A DNA stretch of 64,000 bases from Eledone cirrhosa. Taxonomy: Eukaryota. The notes below the pieces were generated by a model. It did not search any database. It was given only the letters and a program-made list of their open reading frames with translations, and was not told the DNA's origin. The stretch is taken from the NCBI GenBank assembly GCA_964016885.1, contig OZ024742.1, positions 152,210,001 through 152,274,000 of the forward strand, written 5' to 3'. This document shows positions 1 through 12,000 of the stretch, piece by piece. The translations under genes and the position numbers were made by a program. The first letter of the stretch is position 1. Each line of letters opens with the position of its first letter.

Positions 1-76
1 ATTATATGTATATATAAGTGTATATGTGTGTGTATGTGTATGTGTATGTATGTATATATGCATTTATATATCTATG

Positions 77-121
<45 letters not shown>

Positions 122-279
122 ATATATATGTATATGTATATATGTGTGTATCTGTGTGTGTGTATGTGTATATATATGTATATGTATGTATATATATAAG
201 TGTATATATATATATATATGTGTATGTGTATATATATGTGTATATATATATGTATAAGTATATATATATATATATATTA

Positions 280-1241
280 TTTTTATATTCTTTTAATTTC
301 CCCTCATCTTTAACAGCACTTTTCAACTGCATCTAACTCTTATTTATCATATCTATATGTATTAGTATAATTTTATCAATACAATTATACCCATCAATTA
401 AATTAATTTATATTTTTTTCATAGATGTATTTTTTTCACTAACATTCTTATCTTAAAACTTTAGTCACCTTAGATATTTGTATTGGCATTACTATTTTAT
501 AACAGCAACTGCTTGTATACCTTTTACTGACCACCTGACCTATTTTCACCCCTAAAATAAGCTTCAATTACTACTATTTTACCATTTGGCCAATTATTAA
601 CTTTCTATTGGTTAATTCTAAACCTCTTACCAAACAGACAGAATATATTAGATCTTTGTTGGTTTTATTCAATGAAAAAATAAAATTATTTCTGAGGTCA
701 GCATAAGACCTATTTCTTCCCTAAAATAATCCTTCATTCATAATATTCTTTTCCATCCAAAACTGAAATCTACCTTCCTCTACCCATAATTTAAGGTTCT
801 TCTACAACTATATTACTATCCTGACCCTCACTATCTCTCTATTGGTCAATTCAAAACCTGTTCCCAAACAGACCTATTGTATTGAATCTTTGTTTTTTTC
901 AATAAACAAATATCATTATTTCTGAAGACAGCATATATATGTGTAGGTATGTATATTCCCTCTGATAGTTTGTATAAATATTGTACATAGATCTATAGAA
1001 TATGCATACCAACTCTAACACATATATATCCTAGAAACGATCGTAAAGTGATGGATTTTTTTAATATAAGGAACTGTTTCTTTGTTTATTCATTATTTTA
1101 TTAATTTATCTTGACTCTGTTTTCCGTTTATTTTTCACCGAAAGTAGTTTTTGAATGCATCTTCTCTTTTCATGATATCCGGATTACATTGAGTTCTTCA
1201 TACGGATTGGACACTACCGTAAACTTTTGGTAGATTTATCT

Positions 1242-1245
<4 letters not shown>
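280..1245 (+). mobile_element. 3' UTR/terminal remnant of a Penelope-like element (same family as 13772-16065)
   Basis: Carries a hammerhead at 913-1054. Shares the motif cggattacattgagttcttcat (~1180) with 16004-16025 and shares the stem-II insert sequence. Ends in a (TA)n tract. Internal diverged tandem duplication at ~605-710 vs ~838-935. Confidence 0.6.
913..1054 (+). ncRNA. Type I hammerhead ribozyme with greatly extended stem II
   Basis: tcattattt-CTGAAGA(922-928)-cagcatatatatgtg...cacatatatatccta-GAAA(1034)-palindromic ACGATCGT-A-aagtgatgg. Stem I pairs over 9 bp including G-U pairs. Confidence 0.7.
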
Positions 1246-1289
<44 letters not shown>

Positions 1290-2573
1290 CATCTCTGATG
1301 CAGCCTTCAGCAGAATATTTCACTATAAATTAATTGTTCCCTCTAAATTTCAAAAATCGTATTTTGTTTTAATGTATCGATTATATTTTAAATTGAAACA
1401 TAGGTTGCAGGTTTTGAATTTGATGACGCATCCATTCTTGTGAAAATATTTATAAAACGTGTATTTGCTGACCTCAACAATATAAACTATGTACTCCAAA
1501 GTTATTTTTTTCGACCATAATTCGTTTACATGAATGTTTTTAAAATATGTGTGAGAAAACGAAAAATACTAAAATAATATAATAAATAAACAAAATATAC
1601 TTCTTCGTATTTCATAATATTTAGTTAAAAGAAAAAAAAACTCGTTGTATGTGTTGGTCTAAGAAAACAAAATTGAGAGGCAACAGTGAAGTATGTTTTA
1701 ATTATAGAGTCTCCGATTCTAATAACTCACACCGTAATTTTTTTTATTGTTTTCTTATTCTTCTACTATCTTTAATTAACTTTCATTCTAATGAGTTGTT
1801 TGAATATTCCATCAATTAAATTCAGCTGAAATCGATCGGATTGTTGAAAAGCCACACGCAAAACCATTAATAGTCTTGAAAATAGAAACCCACTGAGTCA
1901 TTATTACTGATGCCTCTATTTGCTGTCGTTTTTGTTTGCTGACTTGCTCTCGTTCTTGCTCTCTTTCTTTCACGTCATGTTGTTTTGCCGTTGAAATCGT
2001 TCGTGTTTGCTGCTTTTAACTGTTTCACAATAATCAGTCCATATCAACTGGAATCAAAACTGCGATGTATGACAACCACAGATTCAAATGTTTGATAAAT
2101 GATAAAGTAATAAATGACATATTAATAACGAAATATATAAAAGAACAGAATGAAAAACATCGTGTATTTTGACTAGGTGCAATGGTGTTATATTTTCGGT
2201 AGAGAGGGAAATAAGATATTTAAATGTCTTTTACTAGAGCAATTTATGGTGATTTCAAAATTATTATAAGAATAGAAATTGTCGATGCCTATTGAAAGGA
2301 GAGAAATGATTTTTTCCTCGGGGTTTTAAAGACTTGAAACAAATCCAAGAAGAAATAGTTCCAATAAAATTCAAATCACCGTGAGACTTGATTTATTGAA
2401 GCACAAAACCAGCTACAACAACAACAACAACAACAGCAACAACAACAACATTAATAATAATGACAATAATAATAATAGAAATTGAGAAAACGTGGTACCT
2501 TAAAGGTGTCAGCAAGTGTCAGGTTGACGATAGGCATGATATAGAAAAGAAGCATAATTCAAAGAACGTTTCA

Positions 2574-2727
2574 AATAATTGTTTCTACTTTTGGCACAAG
2601 GCCATCAATTATCCCAGTACATTACTGGTACTTTACTTTATCGACCCCGTAAGGATGAAAGGCAAAGTTAACCTCGGCAGGATTTGAACTCAAGCCGTAA
2701 AGGGACGTAACTCTATGCTGCAAAGCT
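2574..2727 (-). mobile_element. tRNA-derived SINE with Meta-like central domain (5'-truncated)
   Basis: Reverse strand reads gagttcaaatcc-gccgaggttaactttgcctttcatccttacggggtcgataaag-taccag (B-box plus MetaSINE-like domain), with an (ATT) tail. More than 10 copies in the window. Confidence 0.8.
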
Positions 2728-2764
2728 ATAATAATGATGATGACAAGGATAAAGTCAATAACAG

Positions 2765-2874
<110 letters not shown>

Positions 2875-3639
2875 TTATATTCAGGGAAGCCAATACAAAT
2901 AGAAGGCGAAATAAGTCTTATTAAGAGACAGGTGAAACTAAAAAATCGACTAAAGATTAGGCTACGTAATACCATACCTAGTCAATATCAAGAAAAGGAA
3001 TAATAGTAACTGACAAAACAGAACAAGGTGCAGATAGCCACAAAAATCCTGCCACACTGGCCAAGAAACTCACCACATACAACTACGAATGTTTAGGGTT
3101 CGTCATCACAGAATAAGCTCCAGGCCTTTGCACAAGAGAAACAAAACATATGTAATGAAGCATACATTGCGGCAGTTAAATATTATTACAATAAAACATT
3201 ACTAGATGAGGTTATTTCAATAAGAAAACTGTTAATTCTTAGACATGTCTACTGGAGAGAGTGGATAACCTATTCACGAAAACATGAGCCAATGGGCGAT
3301 AATATAATTCAAATAAAACCACAACACATGCATTTATAAAATTAATTTTATAAGCATGTTGTTTCGAAAATGGCTTGGCATGGACCGGCTTTATCAACGA
3401 TTAGTTATAAAGGGAAATAAAAACAGTCACTTCAAATGATAACCCTCCTCTGTGTGATTAGTAACATATATCTAAAGTTTATGACATATATCCAGACCCA
3501 TTCCTTATATATGAAACTGTGAAAAATACTTCCTCCATCTGAGTGGCTAGATATAACATCAGTGACTTCGAATTACAATAAGTTTTAACTTAGACACAAG
3601 GATAACAGTGTGTTCTGTGGGGAATCAATTATATTGATT

Positions 3640-3960
3640 ATATGAGCCCACTACTTGACTGTTAATTTATTTTATCGACCCCGGAAGCATGAAAGTCAAA
3701 GTTGAAGTCCATGGGATTTGAACTCATAAACTAAATTGCCCTAACTATATGCTAAAAGCATATTGCCTTACGATTCTGACAATGGATCGATTGATAATGT
3801 TTTGAACGGAGCCAGAGTTTCAGAGGAAGAGGAGAGTCGATTATAATGATACAAGTAACATAACTGGTACTTTATTTTATCGAGTAGACATCGGCGACAT
3901 TTGAATTCAGAATGTAAAGAATCGTAATGCGGCGTAGCATTATATCCGACGCCATTACCG
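3640..3960 (-). mobile_element. Two diverged copies of the same SINE family
   Basis: ttttatcgaccccggaagcatgaaagtcaaagttg...atttgaactca and actggtactttattttatcgag...atttgaattcagaatgtaaag motifs. Confidence 0.6.
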
Positions 3961-4544
3961 AATCATATAATGGATATTTTTGAGAGATTGCTGCCACTAC
4001 ATTGGTGTGAATGGTAGGCAGAAACATTTAAAGGCTTATAGTATTTAGTAGTCGTGCGTTGTGATATAGTTGCTGGTTGATACACTGACTGGTTGGATGG
4101 AAATTTGATCAATGACTCATAGTCACATGGTTAATCCTGTTAAGAGAAGGAGACCAGTATTTTATCAGAAACTGTAGATGGGGAGGGTAGAAGCAATGCA
4201 ATAGATGATTTAATTTCATATCCTTAATATTCTGTATTAAAATAGTGACTGGATAGATATAAAATCAATGACTCACAATTATATGGTTAATATGCTTAAG
4301 AAAGCAAAGCCAGTTAGCTATCAGAAATGGAAATGCGTTTGCAGGGAGGGTAAAAGTCTTACAGTATTTCTTCTTGGCTTTTTACGTACCGATTTCAAAT
4401 GCAGTATGAGTTGATTTAGCTTTACAATTTCCGGAATTAAGAAATAATACCCAACTCCCCCGAAAAAAGTAAAAATGACAAATAACTCTCAATATAAACA
4501 TACAGTTGACTTAAAAGACATTAGGTATATTTAAAACTTGAAAT

Positions 4545-4750
4545 AATGATTTCTATTACAGGCACAATGCCAGCAATTTAGGGGGAGGGGAAATTAGATA
4601 AAATCGAGATCAGTGCATTACTGGTGCTTTATTGTATCGAACCCGTAAGGATGAAAGGCAAAGCAAACCTCGGTGGTATTTGAACTCAGAACGTAAAGGG
4701 AATTAACTCTATTTTCAAAGTTCGACGATCTACCGATACTTAGTCGATCA
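4545..4750 (-). mobile_element. SINE (Meta-like family)
   Basis: ggcacaatgccagcaatt...ctggtgctttattgtatcgaacccgtaaggatgaaaggcaaag...tttgaactcagaacgtaaag. Confidence 0.75.
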
Positions 4751-4852
4751 GTATAAATAATAATTTATCCGATTTTCTCAGCTGTCATTTAGGTGTATGG
4801 ACGGAACCGTACTTAACTGGCATTTAGTGTATCGAACTCTGATTTATATAGT

Positions 4853-4972
4853 GAAGGCGTGTGGCTGAGTGGTTAGAGAATTGGATTCGCAATCGTAAGG
4901 TTGTGAGTTCGATTCCTGGACCAGGCGATGCGTTATGTCCTTGAGCAAGACACTTTATTTCACGCTGCTCCT
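4853..4972 (+). mobile_element. tRNA-headed CORE-type SINE (5' part)
   Basis: A box (tggctgagtgg) and B box (gagttcgattcc), followed by tgtccttgagcaagacact, which resembles the CORE domain. Confidence 0.7.
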
Positions 4973-5068
4973 TCTACCTGGAGTTGCGATCGATAGATAG
5001 TATTAGCAATTGGAAAGACCAACGGAAACATTGTTCCCTCGGTCCGATTTGACGAAAGTCGATCGTTC

Positions 5069-5106
<38 letters not shown>

Positions 5107-5325
5107 ACTGTCAGCCAACGCCACCAAGTGGTGCTTGGCAGAAGCAAGTGGGGGCAATCGTCGATGCATTTCCAACTGGTTCTCGTCAGGGTGATCACTC
5201 CCGCTCTAGAAACTACCAGACTTTGAAAACAGGCGAAAATATATTGTTTTTTCGTCTGTGTAAATGAGGTGATTAATCTCATATGCATATGAAGCTGTAT
5301 AACTTGGCTCTACTTAAAATAGAAT

Positions 5326-5737
5326 AGAATTAAAATTTAGCTTCGGACATAACTGTATACAAGTATTTAATTGAATTTCGTATATCTAAAGAAATAGGGT
5401 ATGTTCATGAATAAACATTTAGAAACCCATAGCTATGAATAACACCGTCAGCCAACGCTAGGCGGTGCCCGGCAGAAGCAAGGGGGACAGTCGTTTTCAA
5501 AGTCCGGCAGTTGCAAGAGCGGGAGGTATCGTCCTCACGGGAACCAGTTGAGTTTGAAATGCATCGACAATTGTCCCCCTTGCTTCTGCCGAACACCGCT
5601 TGTTGGCGTTGGCTGCCAGTGTTATTCATAGCTATGGCTTTCTAAATGTGTATTTATAAACATACCGTATTTCTCTAGAAATAAGAAATTCAAATGCATA
5701 TTTGTATACAGCTATGTTCGAAGCTACATTCTAATTC
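5326..5737. mobile_element. Fold-back/MITE-like element with ~165-bp imperfect inverted repeats; related copy at 5100-5232
   Basis: 5326-5490 is the reverse complement of ~5572-5737 (agaattaaaatttagcttcggacataactgtatac / gtatacagctatgttcgaagctacattctaattct). 5100-5232 matches 5490-5620 inverted. Confidence 0.7.
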
Positions 5738-5747
5738 TCTCTCTCTA

Positions 5748-5811
<64 letters not shown>

Positions 5812-5815
<4 letters not shown>

Positions 5816-6030
5816 GGTGGCCCTTAGAAATAGGTAATTTTCCACCCCCTAATCCTGTTTCGATCAACTTAAAATTGGGTGTGCAAAACTTCAGCACAAT
5901 CGGACCACTTTTAGGCGACCCTCAAACGCCATGAATTTGGAACATTAATTCTGATTAAAACGATTAATTCTGTTCAAAAGCGGTATATTGTTCCCTATCT
6001 TGACCATTTTCTTTTTTCTAGAGAAATTTA
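5812..6030 (+). mobile_element. End of a non-autonomous DNA transposon (TA-flanked, TTAGGGTGGCCCTTA terminus)
   Basis: ttagggtggcccttagaaataggtaattttcc matches the left end of the element at 17035. Confidence 0.5.
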
Positions 6031-6035
6031 TGCAG

Positions 6036-6074
<39 letters not shown>

Positions 6075-6115
6075 AATCTACATACATACATTTATATATA
6101 TAAATCTACATACAT

Positions 6116-6174
<59 letters not shown>

Positions 6175-6219
6175 ATTCTACATACATACATATATTTATA
6201 TATATATATATATATGTTT

Positions 6220-9059
6220 ATGAAAATAAAACAAAGAAGCCTTCAATACATCAAAAGTCTTTATTAGCCAACAATGTTTCGTCCTATTAAGGACTCATCA
6301 GGGCAATTAAAACTACAAGAAGCACTATCGGCCAATACAAGCCGAAAACTCAGAAGAATATGGAGTGTACATACACTAAAGTATTGGAAGATTATGGGTA
6401 AAAATATATAATAAAAATCACTAAGGAGGTGGATAACATTTTGAACCATATTACAAATATAATCCAAAGCAAAAAAACTAGAGCTAAACAAATGTGGTTA
6501 TATAGAGCGGGAATTATAGTACTATATGTAATACAATATAATATAATATAATATACTTGTAACAATATAAAACAATATTAAAATTAAAATTAAAATTAAA
6601 ATTAAAAGGCACAATATACAAATGTATATATATACACACACGTACGCACATATACATATATATCAATACACATTTCCATCATTAACAGCACAAATTAAAC
6701 CTTATTAAGAGTTTAAATATAAATAAGCATAATAGGAATAAAAATAAAAATAATACGTATATATAATATACAGTATAACATGAAGTAATGAAATGATTAA
6801 AAGTAAAACATATAATATATAATAAACTATATAATTATATATATAATATAATATAATAGATAATCTCCGGTTAATTTACACAAACAATATAGATGTCACA
6901 ATAACACTATAATAATAATATAATAATATATAATGGCATGTAAATTAACAAATCAATTCATATAGAGTTACAGAGCAGGTGAGAAAAAAATATATATTGT
7001 ACAATACCAAAATTATGATGGTACAAATATATAAACATCTTACAGAATATATAAAATTTAACATATCATAATGGTACATAAAATCATCGGTAAGTAATAA
7101 GGATCAATAGTACATTTACAAAGAGTTGAATAACTTCAATATAAAATAATGAACATAATATAATATATAATTACAAGGTTGGTAAACAGACACATATGTG
7201 AATGAGTGAATAAGGGCCAGATAGAAAATACTATGCACAGTAGTATTAATAAATAAATAAATAAAATCGACCGGAAATCAAAAAACAAAAACAAAAGTAA
7301 TTACTTAGGTCTCACTTGCAGTTAAGTAAAAACTTAGGAAACAACCCGGATAAATGACTAGAAAACCCTATTTGATAAATTAATATTGAAAATATTTAAA
7401 ATCCTTAATAAGGCAATACAATATTCGCTATGGTTTAAGTAATCAAAATCCCTAAACATTAAGATATCACTATAAATATATATAGAAAGGAATGAAATAT
7501 TCTACTATCATTTACATAACGTTATCTAATAAACTGATTACAAGCAGAATTATGGTAGGCTAATGTGGACAGAAAAAAAGAAATGTATAGAGGATACAAA
7601 GAAGCATAAAATCATAATCAATATACTGTATTATATAATAGAAAGGAGCATGACAAAGGGGGTTAAATATAATCATAATATATTTGAAGGGGTTAGCAAT
7701 AAGTTTATGTGTGCATGGGGGGAGGGGAGGGGTTATTTATCCAAAGAAGAATCCAAATAAAATAAAATAAAATGAAATAAAATAATATAAAATATATAAT
7801 CAGATATATACTCATAAGGTGTTAATAGTGAAAATTTAATGTGTAAGAAGATAGATATGGTATATTAGCCAAAAGATTATGAGAGCTAGAATAAAAAGTT
7901 GTCAAAAACCAATGATAATAATGATGATAATAATGGTGGTAAACAAAATGAACCTAAACTAAAAAAATAAATAATGGAATATATCAGCTAATGGATACAA
8001 TTTACACTACTAGAACCTTTAGGTTTCTAATAAAAGTAAGAATTAGAAATAGCGTGGGGGCAAGAAGAGAATATCTCAGACTTTCTATTAAGTAAGGATT
8101 CGCTAGAGAAAATTATAGAGTGTGTCTCAAGGATACAGAGATTACACAATTTAGTATGTGTAGAAAGGTTATTAGAACGTGCTACTAAACGCCAATTAAG
8201 GCTATATGGTATATTAGCCCCCTTAAGATCCTAGATATAGTGTGCTAAAGAAGTAGAATTCTTAAACTTAACATGTTTGAAATTAGAGATATGAGAATTA
8301 AACCTAATCTTAAAAGTGTTAGATGTAGAGCCTATATAAGTTCTATTAGAGGAATTAGTTATAACTACGCAAGCATAAACGATGTTCTTAGAGAGGCAGT
8401 TACCGTTTAAAGGGCAGTTAGCACTCACTCTACAGTTACACTTCCGGGTGCTATTGATTGGCTGAAGTAGTGATGCATTACACGTAGGATTACTATTAGA
8501 TACGGTCTGCTCTGGTGGTAAGGCATTTGCAGATCTGTTCTGACTAGTAGTATGTAGAGAGGAGTATCCATCCCTAATTTTCCTATTGTTAGTGCTAGCT
8601 AAATGAGAACTAATATTAGGGGTGGTAGAGAATGAAAGTTTAATTACATTTTTATTAAAAATACTATGGTATTTATGAGAAGGGGGGAAGTTTTTCTAAA
8701 AGATAGAAAAGAAAGACCTAGGGATATTAGTTAATACTTCCTGATTATATGGCGGGTTAAAATAAGTATTTAGTCTCCTTCTATTTTTATCCTTTCCGAC
8801 TCTACCATTATCCAATATCCCATTATTAAGACTAGGGTTACTACAAGGATTAGTTAAAATCACATTATTAGAATCAGCCGAAATTCCATTAAGTCTGTTT
8901 CTGTTTCTACCTTTAGTATATCTGCTGCTGTCTGGAATCCTATCAAAAGGATTAGGGCCAATAGGATTAGTAGAAACAACATTATTAGAATTAGATCTAG
9001 CAAAAGCATCACCAATGAGTGAGCGCTCAGAGGGTTCGACTTGATTCCTAGAGGTATTA
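6220..9059 (-). mobile_element. 5'-truncated Naiad-type Penelope-like retroelement (GIY-YIG end plus 1.8-kb 3' UTR)
   Basis: Minus strand encodes YFNPPYNQEVLTNIPRSFF...KFPPSHKYHSIFNKNVIKLSFS and CNCRVSANCPLNGNCLSKNIVY...YIGSTSNTFKIRFNSH (CxC-CP-C motif plus GIY-YIG). HHR at the 3' end, (TA)n flanks. Confidence 0.85.
6263..6307 (-). ncRNA. Minimal type I hammerhead ribozyme
   Basis: attgcc-CTGATGA-gtcct taat aggac-GAAA-cattgt-T-ggctaat on the minus strand. Cleavage triplet GUU. Confidence 0.75.
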
Positions 9060-9096
9060 GAAAATATGTGGTTGGAAAACAAGCTTCTTGTCACAC

Positions 9097-9137
<41 letters not shown>

Positions 9138-9282
9138 ATATAAATCTACATACATACATATATATATGTATATAAATATACATACATACATATATACATA
9201 CATACATTTACGTATGTATATAGCTATGCATTTATACATTTGTATATATATACATGCATTTATATTTAAGTGTGTAAGGTCG

Positions 9283-9315
<33 letters not shown>

Positions 9316-9353
9316 ATAATATATATATTATATATACACACACACACATACAC

Positions 9354-9399
<46 letters not shown>

Positions 9400-9402
<3 letters not shown>

Positions 9403-9605
9403 GTGTGACAAGAAGCTTGTTTCCCAACCACATATTTTCGGGTTCAGTCCCACTGCCCGAGCCGACCAAAGCCCTGTGAGTGGATTTGATAGATCGAAAC
9501 TAAAAGAAGCCCGTCGTATATATGTATATATGTCTGTGCGTGTCTTTGCGTTTGTTTTTGCCCTCCCACCAATGTTTGTTGATTTGTTGACGTCCCCATA
9601 ACTTA
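9400..9605 (+). mobile_element. Octopus-type tRNA SINE, internally deleted
   Basis: aagaagcttgtttcccaaccac...gggttcagtcccactg (tRNA-like head), then gccgaccaaagccctgtgagtggatttg...gaaactaaaagaagcccgtcgtata. Confidence 0.65.
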
Positions 9606-9693
9606 CGAAGGTGATGCACCAGCATGGGCGTAGTCCAGAGACAGAAAAAAGTAGAATATATATATGTGTGTGTGTGTGTGCGTGTGTGTAGAA

Positions 9694-10100
9694 GAGGGTT
9701 TCAAACTCAAGGACACAAAAGAGCTATTACGTCCTGGAGGAGAGGCACAGTGGGCCAAACGTGGTCGTGAGTGAACATTTTCACCAGTTATAATCATTTC
9801 TACTATAGGAACAAGGCATGAAATTTGGGGTTTAGGGTTCAGTCGATTGCATCGATCCTAGTACACAACTGGTACTTAATTCATGGACCCCAAAAGGATG
9901 TAAAGCAAAGTTGAGATCGGCGGAATTTGAACTCAGAACGTAAAAACGGAAGAAGTACCTTAAGCATTTCTCCAGATGTGCTAACGATTCCACCAGCTCG
10001 CCGCCTTATTTTCACCAGTTATAATGCGATATGAAATATTGGTTCTACCACGGACCACAGATAAGTAGTTCGCGGGCCGCATGTGTGAGCTCCTTGTTGG
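9694..10100. mobile_element. Decayed hAT-type MITE interrupted by a SINE
   Basis: gggtttcaaactc start and internal gggcc/cgcgggccgcatgtg motifs typical of hAT/Charlie non-autonomous elements. Confidence 0.35.
9795..10007 (-). mobile_element. Full-length SINE with 18-bp target-site duplication
   Basis: attttcaccagttataat at 9777-9794 and 10008-10025 flanks the Meta-like SINE. Confidence 0.85.
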
Positions 10101-10203
10101 AGATAAATAGATAGATAGATAGACGTGTACCAAACACACACACATTTCTTACTCTCTCTGTCCCTCCCTCTTTCTCTCTTCATTTATATATATATATATA
10201 TAT

Positions 10204-11317
10204 ATTTATCTCCAAATCACTGATTTGTCGAGCAAACCTGCCAAAACCACTTCTAAATTTTTTTGGAGGGTGTTAGTAGGCGCTTGTCATCTTACCACCC
10301 CATTCCTACTGACTAGCCTCTGTGTCACGTGATTGATTCTTTAGAATCGGCCATATGATCAGTGGCAGTGAGAATTTTCAGTAGCTGGAATCTAGTCCTC
10401 GATAGCTGTTCCATTTACCGAATTATTATTATTTTTATTTGAGTCGCCAGTGTCCGCGCATCGCCTGGAGACTCGGCTGAGAATGACCTCCCTGATGACG
10501 CAATGAAATTCTCAACGGTTCATTACGTAACTGTCTTTATCCCATTGCAGAAACTAATTAGTTGGAGTGAAAATTTAAGTAAGTAAGTTAATTTAAAAAA
10601 AAAAAAAAATTTTTTTAAATTTTCTTATTTTACGTCTTTTATATTATTGTTCTGCATTCTCCTGCATCGAACCACCTAGGTACTATGACATAACCTGTGT
10701 ATTTGCTGGCATTGGCGTACATCTGTGCGCTTATGTTAGTAGATATATTAAATTATCTATATTTATCTCCAAATCACTGATTTGTCGAGCAAACCTGCCA
10801 AAACCACTTCTAAATTTTTTTTGGGGGTGTTAGTAGGCGCTTGTCATCTTACCACCCCATTCCTACTGACTAGCCTCTGTGTCACGTGATTGATTCTTTA
10901 GAATCGGCCATATGATCAGTGGCAGTGAGAATTTTCAGTAGCTGGAATCCAGTCCTCGATAGCTGTTCCATTTACCGAATTATTATTATTTTTATTTGAG
11001 TCGCCAGTGTCCGCGCATCGCCTGGAGACTCGGCTGAGAATGACCTCCCTGATGACGCAATGAAATTCTCAACGGTTCATTACGTAACTGTCTTTATCCC
11101 ATTGCAGAAACTAATTAGTTGGAGTGAAAATTTAAGTAAGTAAGTTAATTTAAAAAAAAAAAAAAAAATTTTTAAATTTTCTTATTTTACGTCTTTTATA
11201 TTATTGTTCTGCATTCTCCTGCATCGAACCACCTAGGTACTATGACATAACCTGTGCATTTGCTGGCATTGGCGTACATCTGTGCGCTTATGTTAGTAGA
11301 TATATTAAATTATCTAT
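10204..11317. repeat. Near-identical 557-bp tandem duplication
   Basis: atttatctccaaatcactgatttgtcgagc... starts at 10204 and 10761. Only a handful of differences; both ends in (TA)n. Confidence 0.95.
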
Positions 11318-11475
11318 ATATATATATATAGATGTGTGTGTGTATGTGTGGAGCGTTGTTATTTGGTGCTGTTAAAAAGAGCAGTGGCCTTTGACCTGGC
11401 AATAAAAAACTGTAGACAAAATCCTTTCTGTACCCAAACGAAGGCACACACACACACAAGTTGTTTGTGTGTGTA

Positions 11476-11508
<33 letters not shown>

Positions 11509-12000
11509 GTGAGTGCGTGCGAGCGCGTCTATGTGTGTTTGTCTGTGTCTGTGTATCTATCTATGTATATATATATATATATATAAGGGATACAAATACT
11601 ACTTTCTCACTGTCTCCAAGCTTCTCAATTCATTCGTTTCTAAGTATTTTATTTTGCTACGAGGTATTTTATTTTGCAAGGTACTATTTTTCCCCTGAGT
11701 TTGTGATTTCAGAGAAAGGTAAGAAATTCTTCATATTTTACATCTTTTGTATTTTGACTTTACAGTTTGAATTGTAGAATTGTTTATCTAATAAAAATAT
11801 CACAACCGCTAACAGTGAAATATAAAATTAAAAAAAAAGCTTCTTCGACTGAAATCAAGTCTTTGAGAACATTCACGTCTATTTTTCAAAAATATATAAT
11901 TTGAAATAGTTTGCTTTTGTTTTGAACTGAAACTTTTTTTGTATTTAATTCGTACGGGTATTTTTTAAAGATCTTTTTAAAGATTCTAACATAACTTGAT

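Noticed and set aside
4853-4925. tRNA gene
   Set aside because: A and B boxes are present, but it runs straight into a CORE-like SINE body and lacks a good acceptor stem.
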